DNA of 61,241 nucleotides, the filler included. It is 8 parts of 8 records of this genome, joined end to end, with 100 filler letters (N's around TTAATTAATTAA, not from the genome) between each part and the next. Parts side by side here need not be neighbours in the genome. Positions count along the whole stretch, not along the records: positions 1 to 17,760 come from SRR20825010_6906; 7 more parts are not named here. One strand, given 5' to 3'. Within the stretch, counting starts at the first letter, position 1. Each line of letters begins with the position of its first letter. Position numbers and translations under genes: made by a program. The notes under the pieces were generated by a model. That model searched no databases. It was given only the letters and a program-made list of their open reading frames with translations, and was not told the DNA's origin. This document shows, piece after piece, positions 1-9,373 of this stretch.

Positions 1-224
1 TTTTCAGTTTGTACTAACCCAGAGCCGTTACAATTTAAGCAGGAACTAAGATGCCCTTTTGGACGAATGGGTGCTGTGCCTTCGCCTTTTGTTTTTTCAA
101 ATTCTTCTAAAGCCAGTTTGTATTGAAGGCGAACTTTCTTCCGAAGTCTTTGTCTTTTTTTGCCACGTCCTTGACATTTAGGGCACATAGACCAATTTAT
201 AACTTCACGTTCTGTTTCTTTCAC
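1..224 (-). CDS. 5' part of a protein starting with a DnaJ-type zinc-finger pair (CxxCxGxG x2); runs off the window edge
   Basis: Not in ORF track. Manual translation from GTG at 224: VKETEREVINWSMCPKCQGRGKKRQRLRKKVRLQYKLALEEFEKTKGEGTAPIRPKGHLSSCLNCNGSGLVQTE..., open to position 1. Confidence 0.7.
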   Translation of the reverse strand, partial: MKETEREVINWSMCPKCQGRGKKRQRLRKKVRLQYKLALEEFEKTKGEGTAPIRPKGHLSSCLNCNGSGLVQTE

Positions 225-440
225 GAATGCTTTATTAAACTTGAGTTTGTTCCTAAAAATGAAAAGAGTAAGCATGAGGCTTACTTCTTAAAATATGTTT
301 TAGTTCTTAAAATAAATTAATTGGAGATTATACAAAATTGTGTAATGCCTATAAATTTATGCTGTATGGGTGTTTAGTGAAAAAAATAGAAGCAAGCTTT
401 CGCTATAAAAGCACGATAGGTTGGCGCTTAGGTTTATATA

Positions 441-812
441 CTAAAGTTTAATAAAGTGTAATTCGGTTAAATCAGTTAAATGAAGTTGGCCATTAACGGT
501 AATATAAAATTTAGTAACAACAATGTCACCATCAAAATCGAGCGTTATTTTATCACCATTTATAGACCAATTAAAAGTTGAAATGCTTGAGATTGCTTGG
601 CCGTCTATATCGCCTTCACGCTGAGTTTTAGTACCTGTGTTGTTGGTGTTGAAGGTAATTTTGTATTCAAATTCTTTGTTAGCATCGCTTCTTTGCCATT
701 CTCCAATTAAATCTATCGTTGCGTTTGTATCATCTTTACTGTCATTACAAGAAAATGCAGTGGTTGCAACTAAAAATAAAAAGACCACATTTAGAAATTT
801 TATGTTTTTCAT
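441..812 (-). CDS. hypothetical lipoprotein, lipocalin-like beta domain
   Basis: Lipobox AFSC; 'LIGEWQR' lipocalin-like GxW start; beta-rich body. Confidence 0.65.
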   Translation of the reverse strand: MKNIKFLNVVFLFLVATTAFSCNDSKDDTNATIDLIGEWQRSDANKEFEYKITFNTNNTGTKTQREGDIDGQAISSISTFNWSINGDKITLDFDGDIVVTKFYITVNGQLHLTDLTELHFIKL

Positions 813-938
813 AGTGTACTATTGTTTAAACTAAAGCGCTTATTTCGTTAGGATTGCATTATGCTAAATCGAGATAAGTAACACAAATATAATGATTTTG
901 TGAAAGGAAAAAAATAATAAACTTAACTTGAAAAAGTG

Positions 939-1727
939 TTAGTTGTTGAATCTTTTCATAATTTCTAATTCGGTGGTAGCCATAGCTGCTATTAATGAAT
1001 AGTTTTTTGGTATCGTGCTACTTGAGTTAAGAAGTTCTTTAAGTTTTTGAATTGCTTCTGCTGCTTTTGTAAAATCGTTTTTCAAAAGCCAATATTCTCC
1101 TAGGTATAAAAATCCGTATAGTTTATCTAAATCTGGAGCATCTGAAGCTAGAAGTGTGTCAATAAGTGGTTTTACTTTTTCATCATTTTCAAAATTATCA
1201 TCAAAAAGGTACATTCCAATTAAAGAGTAGCCGTTTTTCTTACGGTTTTCTTTTTCCGCTTTTTTTGAAAATAAATCTTTCCGATAAACTAGTTTTTCTT
1301 TTTCAATTTTATACCATCTGTAAATTGATAGTTTAGAATCAATTTCTTCTTCAAAAACACGTGTATTAGCATTAAAATTAGTGCCTAATACTAGAATATC
1401 TCCAAGTTTTTCAGTATTTTCAATAAACTTAAAAGCTAAACGCGCATCGGGCCCTTCGGGTTGTGCTATCTGAACCAGAACCCTATCTTCTTTTGAAATT
1501 GAATAGTATGCGGTATTTAAAATTGTAAACATCTCCTCATCAGTGAGCTGTTTGTACAAATCAGTCATATAAAAAGCATCCGCAAAAGTTTGATGCACAA
1601 AATAAAAAACATCAATGCCTAGTTGGTTTTTAGTATGTTGCTTTCCTTTTTCATATTGAATTTTATTTTGTGCAAATGAAAGGTTTGTAATTAATAAAAG
1701 AATAAAAAGAAGGAATGGTTTTATCAT
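939..1727 (-). CDS. hypothetical secreted protein with C-terminal TPR-like helices
   Basis: Signal peptide ending SFAQ; helical C-terminus 'LYLGEYWLLKNDFTKAAEAIQKL'. Confidence 0.65.
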   Translation of the reverse strand: MIKPFLLFILLLITNLSFAQNKIQYEKGKQHTKNQLGIDVFYFVHQTFADAFYMTDLYKQLTDEEMFTILNTAYYSISKEDRVLVQIAQPEGPDARLAFKFIENTEKLGDILVLGTNFNANTRVFEEEIDSKLSIYRWYKIEKEKLVYRKDLFSKKAEKENRKKNGYSLIGMYLFDDNFENDEKVKPLIDTLLASDAPDLDKLYGFLYLGEYWLLKNDFTKAAEAIQKLKELLNSSSTIPKNYSLIAAMATTELEIMKRFNN

Positions 1728-1801
1728 TAGAACTTTATTTTAAACAATTTCAAAGTATAATGTAGCAGTATTTAATGAAACAGTTTGCTTAAAGATCACT
1801 T

Positions 1802-2650
1802 TTATTTTTTAAAATCTTCTTTAGTAAGGTCATTATTAAACGTAATATCACTCCAGTTTACAGTAATCCAGGGCTGGTCTGTTACTTCTGCCTCCCAATT
1901 AGAGTTTTTGTATTTACGTTTTGTTGGAATTAATAATCCCTCAATGTTTTCATAAGCTACTTCCATTAAAAGAGGGTCCATTTTGCCAAAATCAGCTACG
2001 GTAAATAGAAATTGATCTACCAGATTAGTCTCTTTATTAATGTATAATTGATAAATATCTTTTGGTTTGTCGTCAGTAGTTTCAAACGTAACTTTTACTA
2101 CATCGTATTGTAAATTGTTTATTGTTTTCTCACCTACGTATTCATAAAATAATCCGTCATCCAATAATTTTTGCATCATTGTAAACCAATAAAAATTGGT
2201 AGGTCTGTTAAAAGCAACAGGTTTTAGAAGTTTTTCATCGTTTACAACTTCTCCGTTGTGTTTAAGCCAATATTCTGTGCCGTCATACCCTTGCTCAATA
2301 AGTCCTTCCAGATTTGATAAGGTACGTTCGTGTTTTTCATAAGCCCCATACGAAAGTTCTCCATCAAAAAGATATTTCTCTTTAGAAATGTCAGTTTTAC
2401 CATCAGGGGTTTGATAGGTGTAGGTGTAGATTACATTTTTTTTACTGTGAAGCTTAGCTATATCGCCCACTTTTTGAACCATATTGTAAACCAATTCATG
2501 GCCTTTATTATCAAATTTTGGGACGCTAATTTCCGTAGTATCTGCTTGTGGTTGCGTTTGTGTGCTGTGTGAGTGTGTGTCGTTTTTACATGAAAACAGG
2601 GAAATACTTAAAGCGATGCCGACTAATAATTTGATTTTCATAAAGGTCAA
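1802..2650 (-). CDS. lipoprotein, DUF6503-like
   Basis: Lipobox LFSC; LolA-like beta architecture, 'YDVVKVTF...DIYQLYINKETNLVDQFLFTV'. Confidence 0.6.
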   Translation of the reverse strand: MTFMKIKLLVGIALSISLFSCKNDTHSHSTQTQPQADTTEISVPKFDNKGHELVYNMVQKVGDIAKLHSKKNVIYTYTYQTPDGKTDISKEKYLFDGELSYGAYEKHERTLSNLEGLIEQGYDGTEYWLKHNGEVVNDEKLLKPVAFNRPTNFYWFTMMQKLLDDGLFYEYVGEKTINNLQYDVVKVTFETTDDKPKDIYQLYINKETNLVDQFLFTVADFGKMDPLLMEVAYENIEGLLIPTKRKYKNSNWEAEVTDQPWITVNWSDITFNNDLTKEDFKK

Positions 2651-2852
2651 TTTTTAATTAAAATTTGATTTATAATGTGTAAAAAATAGGTTTGAATAAA
2701 ACTACTTAGTTCGTATTTTAAGAATGCAACTTACATATACAATTTGAAAAGTAGTGTGGAGTCTCTATAATCAATAGGTAAAGTAATGGAGCGATTCTTT
2801 TAAAAGGTATACTATTTAGAAACGGGATTGAAAGTGCAATCGCTTTTATAAG

Positions 2853-3902
2853 TTAATCAATAGCCTTTAAAAAGTATTTCTTACGGAGCCAGAAAGAAAC
2901 CCGAACCAATAAAATAAGTGCCGGCACTTCCACTAAAGGTCCAATTACTCCAGTAAATGCCTGCCCAGAATTTAATCCAAAAACAGCAATTGCTACAGCT
3001 ATAGCCAACTCAAAATTATTGCCAGCGGCTGTAAAGGCTATTGAGGCTGTCTTGTCGTAAGTAGTGCCCATGGCTTTTGAAAAGAAAAACCCGATAACAA
3101 ACATCAAGATAAAATAAATTAGTAAGGGTATAGCAATAAGCAATACGTCCATTGGTATTTTTACAATTAATTCGCCTTTTAAAGAAAACATAACCACTAT
3201 GGTAAATAAGAGAGCAATTAATGTAATTGGCGAAATGGCAGGTATAAATTTGGTGGTATACCATTCTTCACCTTTTAGAGGAACTAATATTACTCTACTT
3301 AAAATGCCCATCAAAAATGGAATTCCTAAATAAATTGCGACACTTTCTGCAATGGTTGTTATTGAAATATCTACAATTGCACCTTCAAAACCAAAATAAG
3401 GCGGTAGTACCGTTATAAAAATCCACGCATAAAAACTATAAGCAAAAACCTGAAAAATACTATTAAGTGCTACCAAGCCCGCACCATACTCACTACTGCC
3501 TTCTGCTAGGTCGTTCCAAACTAACACCATCGCAATACATCGGGCAAGACCGATTAAAATAAGCCCCACCATATACTCTGGATAGTCTCTAAGAAAAGCT
3601 ATTGCTAAAACAAACATTAATACGGGGCCTATTACCCAGTTTAAAATTAGAGATATGGAAAGTACCTTTACATCTTTAAACACTTTTGGTAAAAGTGCGT
3701 AATTTACTTTGGCAAGCGGGGGATACATCATTAAAATCAACCCAATTGCGATAGGAATATTAGTTGTGCCCTGGTTAAAGGAGTTTAATAGGTCTGGAAA
3801 GTTAGGCGCAAAATAACCTATGCTTACCCCTAAAGCCATAGCGATAAATATCCAAAGCGTAAGGTAGCTGTCTAGAAAACTTAATTTTTTTTGTGAAGCC
3901 AT
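2853..3902 (-). CDS. acr3: Acr3-family arsenite efflux transporter
   Basis: '[13 protein letters not shown]', '[13 protein letters not shown]', '[11 protein letters not shown]' and 'GPLVEVP' Acr3 motifs; about 10 TM segments. Confidence 0.96.
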   Translation of the reverse strand: MASQKKLSFLDSYLTLWIFIAMALGVSIGYFAPNFPDLLNSFNQGTTNIPIAIGLILMMYPPLAKVNYALLPKVFKDVKVLSISLILNWVIGPVLMFVLAIAFLRDYPEYMVGLILIGLARCIAMVLVWNDLAEGSSEYGAGLVALNSIFQVFAYSFYAWIFITVLPPYFGFEGAIVDISITTIAESVAIYLGIPFLMGILSRVILVPLKGEEWYTTKFIPAISPITLIALLFTIVVMFSLKGELIVKIPMDVLLIAIPLLIYFILMFVIGFFFSKAMGTTYDKTASIAFTAAGNNFELAIAVAIAVFGLNSGQAFTGVIGPLVEVPALILLVRVSFWLRKKYFLKAID

Positions 3903-3904
3903 TT

Positions 3905-4522
3905 TTAATTGTCAATTTTAGAAAATACATATTTTAATTCAGTAGCAATCTGTTGGCTACGGTCTAGATAGGTTTCTTGTTGCTTTGGTGTGCCGTCAGA
4001 AACTTTTGGGTCTTCATAGGTAATTGAAATTCGTTTTTCTGAACCAGCAACAAACGGACAGCCAGCATCGGCTTGAGAGCAGGTCATTATCGCTGCAAAA
4101 CCAGTCTTAGGATTGGAACCCGCATCATACGTTTTTGAAAAACCAAGAATAGGTGAAGCAGTTTCTGAATAACTTATTTTATATACTGGATTCTCTTCTT
4201 TTGGTTCTTTTGAAATTTTAAAACCTGTAGTCTCCAAAGTTGTTGCCACCATAGGAAAAAGGGAAGTGGTTTCAGTGCCTCCAGAAAAGCATTCAATATT
4301 TGGCATGGCATAATATGCGGCCATTGTTTGTGCCCAAATTTGCGCAAAATGACTTCTACGAGAATTGTGGGTACAAATAAAGTTAAGCAGGATTACGCTA
4401 TCATTTTCTTTTTTTGAATTTAAATAATCAATAAGCGGTTGCAAAAGTGCTTTCCTTTCTTCTGAAATAGAGGATACATCAAGTTTTTCAATGTATTGCT
4501 GGATTGGTTTTAAGAGTTCCAT
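3905..4522 (-). CDS. arsC: LMW-PTP-fold (thioredoxin-type) arsenate reductase
   Basis: P-loop '[10 protein letters not shown]', resolving Cys pair '[10 protein letters not shown]', 'EDP' motif; lies in the ars operon. Confidence 0.85.
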   Translation of the reverse strand: MELLKPIQQYIEKLDVSSISEERKALLQPLIDYLNSKKENDSVILLNFICTHNSRRSHFAQIWAQTMAAYYAMPNIECFSGGTETTSLFPMVATTLETTGFKISKEPKEENPVYKISYSETASPILGFSKTYDAGSNPKTGFAAIMTCSQADAGCPFVAGSEKRISITYEDPKVSDGTPKQQETYLDRSQQIATELKYVFSKIDN

Positions 4523-4533
4523 TTTTTTAGTGT

Positions 4534-5022
4534 TTAGATTCCTACAGTTTTACTTCGGCGTTCTAAAAGCACGTTGTCTTTCCATACGCCATTGAGTTGC
4601 CCCACTTTTTCTTTAAAGCCGATTTCTCGAAAACCACACTTTAGATGCAGTTTGTGGCTTGCAATATTCTCTCTAAAGATTCCTGATTGAAGCGTCCAGA
4701 TGTTATTCTTTTCACTGAGTTCTATTAAGTTTTTCAATAAAAATTCGCCAACGCCTTTTCCTCTTGCAGTACTTGAAACATAGACGCTAACTTCAGCAAC
4801 GCCACCATAAACACAGCGGGTGGAAACAGGGGAAAGCGCAGCCCACCCCAAATAATTGTTTTCTTCAATAGCTAAAATCCGTCCGAAGTTTAGATGGCCT
4901 TTGTCCCATTTTTCCCAAGTAGGAATTGTAGTTTCAAAAGTTGCTATTTCTGTTAAAAGACCTTCTCCGTATATTTTAGCCACTTCAGAAAAGTTTTCTT
5001 CGGAAATAAAAGTGAGTTTCAT
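4534..5022 (-). CDS. GNAT N-acetyltransferase, phosphinothricin-acetyltransferase/ArsN-like
   Basis: 'ATFET', 'SPVSTRCVYGGVAEVSVYV', 'ARGKGVG', 'ENIASHKLHLKCGF', 'WKDNVLLERRS'. Confidence 0.85.
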   Translation of the reverse strand: MKLTFISEENFSEVAKIYGEGLLTEIATFETTIPTWEKWDKGHLNFGRILAIEENNYLGWAALSPVSTRCVYGGVAEVSVYVSSTARGKGVGEFLLKNLIELSEKNNIWTLQSGIFRENIASHKLHLKCGFREIGFKEKVGQLNGVWKDNVLLERRSKTVGI

Positions 5023-5023
5023 C

Positions 5024-5494
5024 TTAGCAACAACCAGATTTTGGATCGCAGCTAGCGCCAGCGGTTTCTAATTGAGAAAGTTTCATTTTAGGTTTTTCTG
5101 CAGGAATTCCACAGTTTTCTTTCGCTAAACAATCGGTTTGTTTTGTGGTAAGTAGAAAATTGGTGCCGTCAAAATCAAGTCCAAACTTTCCAATGGTTTC
5201 TCCTTGATATTCTACTTCAATATCCAAATCGTCTAAGCCAATAATTTTTTCTGAAAGCTCAATTATATGTACTAATTTTTCTGGGTGTAAACGGTGGTTG
5301 TAATCGTCTGCATTCCACAATTGAAAATTTGCCACTTCTTCAGTTCGCACTGTTCCGCCACAGTCTATAAAGTGTTTTGTGATTTTCCCAACTTCGGTAA
5401 CGTGAAAATGAGTTGGAACCAATTCGCCATTAGGCAACATAAAACTTATTTGCTCTAAGGTATTTAAATGTGATTTTATTTCTGAAAGTTTCAT
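5024..5494 (-). CDS. DUF6428-like ars-operon protein, Cys/His-rich
   Basis: 'HFHVTEVG', 'FIDCGG', 'FQLW', 'TDCLA', C-terminal 'SCDPKSGCC'. Confidence 0.75.
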   Translation of the reverse strand: MKLSEIKSHLNTLEQISFMLPNGELVPTHFHVTEVGKITKHFIDCGGTVRTEEVANFQLWNADDYNHRLHPEKLVHIIELSEKIIGLDDLDIEVEYQGETIGKFGLDFDGTNFLLTTKQTDCLAKENCGIPAEKPKMKLSQLETAGASCDPKSGCC

Positions 5495-5512
5495 AGTCTT
5501 GTTTTTTTTGGA

Positions 5513-5845
5513 TTAACAACAATTGTTTTTATGTTCAAGGTCTTGATCTAAAAATTGGTTCATCACCTGCTTCATTTTTGCCCAGTTTTCTGGATGAATG
5601 CAATAGCAAATACTGGTGCCTTCAATACTTCCTTTAATCAAGCCAAGGTTTTTTAATTCTTTTAGATGCTGGCTTATGGTAGGTTGTGCCAAACCAATTT
5701 CTTCAACCAAATCGCCGCAAATGCAGGTGTTTATTTTGTATAAATGTTGAAGAATTGCCACGCGTGCGGGATGGCCAAATGCTTTCGCAAAAGTGGCAAC
5801 TTGATTTTGTTGGTCTGTAAATATTTCAGTTTTGGTGATTCCCAT
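5513..5845 (-). CDS. arsR: ArsR/SmtB-family repressor
   Basis: 'KAFGHPARVAIL', 'CICGDL', 'QPTISQHLKELK' wHTH; C-terminal CC. Confidence 0.93.
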   Translation of the reverse strand: MGITKTEIFTDQQNQVATFAKAFGHPARVAILQHLYKINTCICGDLVEEIGLAQPTISQHLKELKNLGLIKGSIEGTSICYCIHPENWAKMKQVMNQFLDQDLEHKNNCC

Positions 5846-5846
5846 G

Positions 5847-5878
5847 ATCGTAATATATATTTATTGCAATATTACGAT
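5847..5878. promoter_or_regulatory. putative ArsR operator overlapping the ars promoter
   Basis: Perfect 10-bp inverted repeat ATCGTAATAT(5847-5856)-N12-ATATTACGAT(5869-5878) directly upstream of the arsR start. Confidence 0.6.
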
Positions 5879-5930
5879 GAATAAATTTATTAAAGAAGAA
5901 AAAAACTAGTAATTTTAATTCTTAACTTAT

Positions 5931-6383
5931 TTAGGAAAGGTGTTTCTCAAAACAAACACTGTTTTCTACGCCAGTATATTGTCCGTAATTTGGGGTAATT
6001 TGATACCCGCTTTTTTTATAAAGAGCAATGGCTTCGGGTTGTTTAATACCAGTTTCAAGAATGCATTTTGTATTGTCTAGCTCTTTTGCCCAAAGTTCTA
6101 ATTCTCTTAATACTTTAACTGCAATTCCCTTACCGCGTTGGTTAATTGGCACAAACATGCGTTTTACCTCCATGCTTGTGGTTTCATATTGCTTAATGGC
6201 GCCACAACCAACAGGGTTATTTGCTTCATCATACGCTACAACTACGTGCTTAATTACGTCTATTTTGTTGAATTGATCGTAAAACAAATGATCGTCGCCA
6301 TCACGAATGGCAAGGTCAGCGTCAAGGTGTTTTACTAATTCAATAAAATCTTTGTTGGTAGAATCTGTACGTAAAAGTTTCAT
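5931..6383 (-). CDS. GNAT N-acetyltransferase
   Basis: 'PVGCGAIK', 'EVKRMFV', 'QRGKGIA', 'LETGIKQPEAIALYKKSGY'. Confidence 0.88.
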   Translation of the reverse strand: MKLLRTDSTNKDFIELVKHLDADLAIRDGDDHLFYDQFNKIDVIKHVVVAYDEANNPVGCGAIKQYETTSMEVKRMFVPINQRGKGIAVKVLRELELWAKELDNTKCILETGIKQPEAIALYKKSGYQITPNYGQYTGVENSVCFEKHLS

Positions 6384-6446
6384 AAATAATTACCTATTAA
6401 TATAATTGAAGCTATAAAAACCACTCATCAGATTCCTTTTTTTTAC

Positions 6447-7759
6447 TTAAGAATGGTCGAAACTTCCTTTTTTAGATTTAACGCGAAGTATTGTAAATCC
6501 AATAATTGCGGAAAGAAATGAGCCTATTAAAATACCAATCTTAGCTGAGTCTATATATTCTGGGCTTGAGTTAAAAGCAAGACTTGCAATAAAGATTGCC
6601 ATTGTAAAACCAATACCTGCCAAAAAGGAAACGCCAATTATTTGTTTGTTTGAAATGTCTGAAGGGACTTCAATAATTTTCAATTTTCGAGCAATAAATA
6701 TAACTGCAGAGATACCAATACTTTTTCCTAAGATAAGACAGATTATGATGTTAATTATTAAAGCATTTTCAAGTCCACCATCACTACTAATTGCCACGCC
6801 CGCATTAGCTAATGCAAAAATAGGGATTACCAAATACGCAACCCAATTATGAAGTTTATGCTCCAAGTGTTGTAGTGGAGATCGGTATTTGTCAGCCCAG
6901 TCTTCTAAGTCGTCAATTAATAGTAATTGTTCTGTAGAAAGCACTGGTTTTTGAAGTATTGTACTTTTCTTAATGTTTTCTACTACACTTTCTAGCTGAT
7001 CAGAAAACTCAAATGTGCTTATTTTTTGTCTTACAGGAATTGCAAATGCCATTAATATTCCTGCCAGAGTAGGATGTAAGCCAGCTTTCAAAAATAGCAA
7101 CCACACTATTACTCCTGAAATAATGGTTAAAAATTCAGAATACAACCCTTTGTAGCTTAAAAAATATACAACTGCAAGAATTCCCATAGCTGAACCTAAA
7201 AGCATTAAATCTAAATTTCCACTATAAAAAATGGCTATCACTAGCACTGCGCCTAAATCGTCCACAATGGCAAAAGCAGTAAGAAATATTTTAAGACTTA
7301 AAGGCACTCTGTTGCCAAGCACTTTTAAAATTGCCAAAGAAAAGGCAATGTCTGTAGCCATTGGTATTCCCCAGCCTTTTAGTGTATCGGGGTTTTGGTT
7401 TAATATAATGTATAAAAGCACTGGAAGTGCAATTCCACCTATAGCTCCAAAAAGGGGAAACATAACTTTTTTAGTAGAATTTAGTTCGCCAATAAAAATT
7501 CTCGTTTAATTTCTAAACCAATTAAGAAAAAGAAAATAGCCATTAATCCATCATTTACCCATAATAACAATGGTTTTTTAAGCTCAAAAGTGTCGGTTAC
7601 AATACCTATTTCGTAGTTCCATAAGGATTGATAGCTATCTGCAAAAGCAGAATTTGCCCAAACTAAAGCGATAACTGTAGTTGCTAAAAGCAAAATTCCA
7701 GTAAAACTTTGAAGGTTAACGAATTTTTGAAATGGAGAGAGTACTTTTTCTTTAATCAT
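6447..7759 (-). pseudogene. nhaA: Na+/H+ antiporter NhaA split by a single-base frameshift near 7494-7498 (pseudogene or sequencing error)
   Basis: ORF 7481-7759 has the NhaA N-terminus ('WVNDGLMAIFFFLIGLEIKRE'); ORF 6447-7463 has 'GWGIPMATDIAF', 'AIVDDLGA', 'GIGFTM'; adding one base at GAA TTT TT^ATT GGC GAA restores ...REF.IGELNSTKKVMFP. Confidence 0.85.
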
Positions 7760-7886
7760 CTATAATTTTTCGAGTTTGCAATATACAAAACCCAGCTAAT
7801 ATTTTTTTCTTCAAACCTTGGTTTTACAATTTTTTTAGAAATAAGAAACAAGAAACATCTAAGACTGAATACTGCCTACTTTTTTT

Positions 7887-7894
7887 TATCTTTG
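7887..7894 (+). promoter_or_regulatory. Bacteroidota -7 promoter element (TAnnTTTG) for ffh
   Basis: TATCTTTG about 57 nt upstream of the ffh ATG. Confidence 0.55.
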
Positions 7895-7951
7895 CAACCT
7901 CAAACTCCAAAGCCATCGGCGTTGGTGTTAATTTATTAAGAAAGCAAGAAT

Positions 7952-9280
7952 ATGTTCGATAATTTAAGCGATAAGCTGGATAAAGCACTACACGTACTTA
8001 AAGGTCACGGTAGTATTACTGAAGTAAATGTAGCTGAAACATTAAAAGAAGTACGCCGCGCCCTTTTGGACGCCGATGTTAACTTTAAAACTGCGAAAGA
8101 ATTTACCAATACGGTAAAGGAAAAAGCCTTGGGGCAAAATGTACTTACCACGCTTCAGCCAGGACAATTAATGGTGAAGTTGGTAAAAGATGAACTTACC
8201 GAATTAATGGGTGGTGAGACCGCGGGCATTAATTTAAGTGGTACACCAACCGTAATTTTAATGTCTGGACTTCAAGGTAGTGGTAAAACTACTTTCTCTG
8301 GAAAACTTGCGAATTACTTAAAAACAAAAAAGACAAAAAAACCACTTTTGGTTGCCTGTGATATTTATCGTCCAGCGGCAATAAACCAATTACATGTGGT
8401 TGGTGATCAAATAGGCGTTGAAGTTTATAGTGAGCCAGAAAATAAAAACCCTGTTCAGATTGCACAAAATGCAATTGCCCACGCTAAGCAAAATGGCTTT
8501 AATGTGGTAATTGTGGATACTGCAGGTCGTCTAGCTATCGATGAAGCGATGATGAACGAAATTGCTGAGGTTCATAAAGCCATTAACCCACAGGAAACTC
8601 TTTTTGTGGTTGATGCAATGACGGGGCAAGATGCCGTTAATACAGCCAAAACTTTTAATGAAAGATTGAATTTTGACGGTGTTGTACTTACCAAATTAGA
8701 TGGTGATACACGCGGTGGAGCTGCAATATCTATTAAAAGTGTAGTAGCTAAACCAATCAAGTTTATTGGTACTGGTGAAAAGATGGATGCTATTGATGTG
8801 TTCCATCCAGCCCGTATGGCAGACCGTATTTTGGGGATGGGAGATGTTGTTTCACTTGTGGAACGTGCTCAGGAACAATTTGACGAAGAAGAAGCGCGAA
8901 AACTTCAGAAGAAAATTGCAAAAAACCAATTTGGTTTTGATGATTTCTTAAACCAAATTCAACAGGTTAAGAAAATGGGAAGCATGAAAGATTTAGTTGG
9001 AATGATTCCCGGCGCAGGAAAAGCATTGAAAGATGTTGATATAGATGATGATGCTTTCAAAGGTATTGAAGCGATTATTCATTCCATGACGCCAACCGAA
9101 AGAACACAGCCTTCAGTTATAAACGGAAGTAGAAAAAAACGAATTGCAGCAGGAAGTGGTACAAGTGTTCAGCAAGTAAATCAGCTTTTAAAACAATTTG
9201 ATCAAATGAGCAAAATGATGAAGATGATGCAAGGAGGCGGTGGAAGAAAAATGATGCAGGCAATGGGGAAGATGCGGTAA
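7952..9280 (+). CDS. ffh: signal recognition particle protein
   Basis: 'GLQGSGKTT', 'DTAGR', 'TKLDGDTRGGAA', Met-rich M domain. Confidence 0.98.
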   Translation: MFDNLSDKLDKALHVLKGHGSITEVNVAETLKEVRRALLDADVNFKTAKEFTNTVKEKALGQNVLTTLQPGQLMVKLVKDELTELMGGETAGINLSGTPTVILMSGLQGSGKTTFSGKLANYLKTKKTKKPLLVACDIYRPAAINQLHVVGDQIGVEVYSEPENKNPVQIAQNAIAHAKQNGFNVVIVDTAGRLAIDEAMMNEIAEVHKAINPQETLFVVDAMTGQDAVNTAKTFNERLNFDGVVLTKLDGDTRGGAAISIKSVVAKPIKFIGTGEKMDAIDVFHPARMADRILGMGDVVSLVERAQEQFDEEEARKLQKKIAKNQFGFDDFLNQIQQVKKMGSMKDLVGMIPGAGKALKDVDIDDDAFKGIEAIIHSMTPTERTQPSVINGSRKKRIAAGSGTSVQQVNQLLKQFDQMSKMMKMMQGGGGRKMMQAMGKMR

Positions 9281-9373
9281 GTTGAAGTAGCAGTTTTCAG
9301 TGGCAGTATGTTGGTAGGATTGCGATTTATCGCGTGCTATTTAACCAGAAAAAATTTATAATTGTATAGTAAG

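Noticed and set aside
123-320. 65-aa plus-strand ORF
   Set aside because: Overlaps the better-supported minus-strand zinc-finger ORF; no motif
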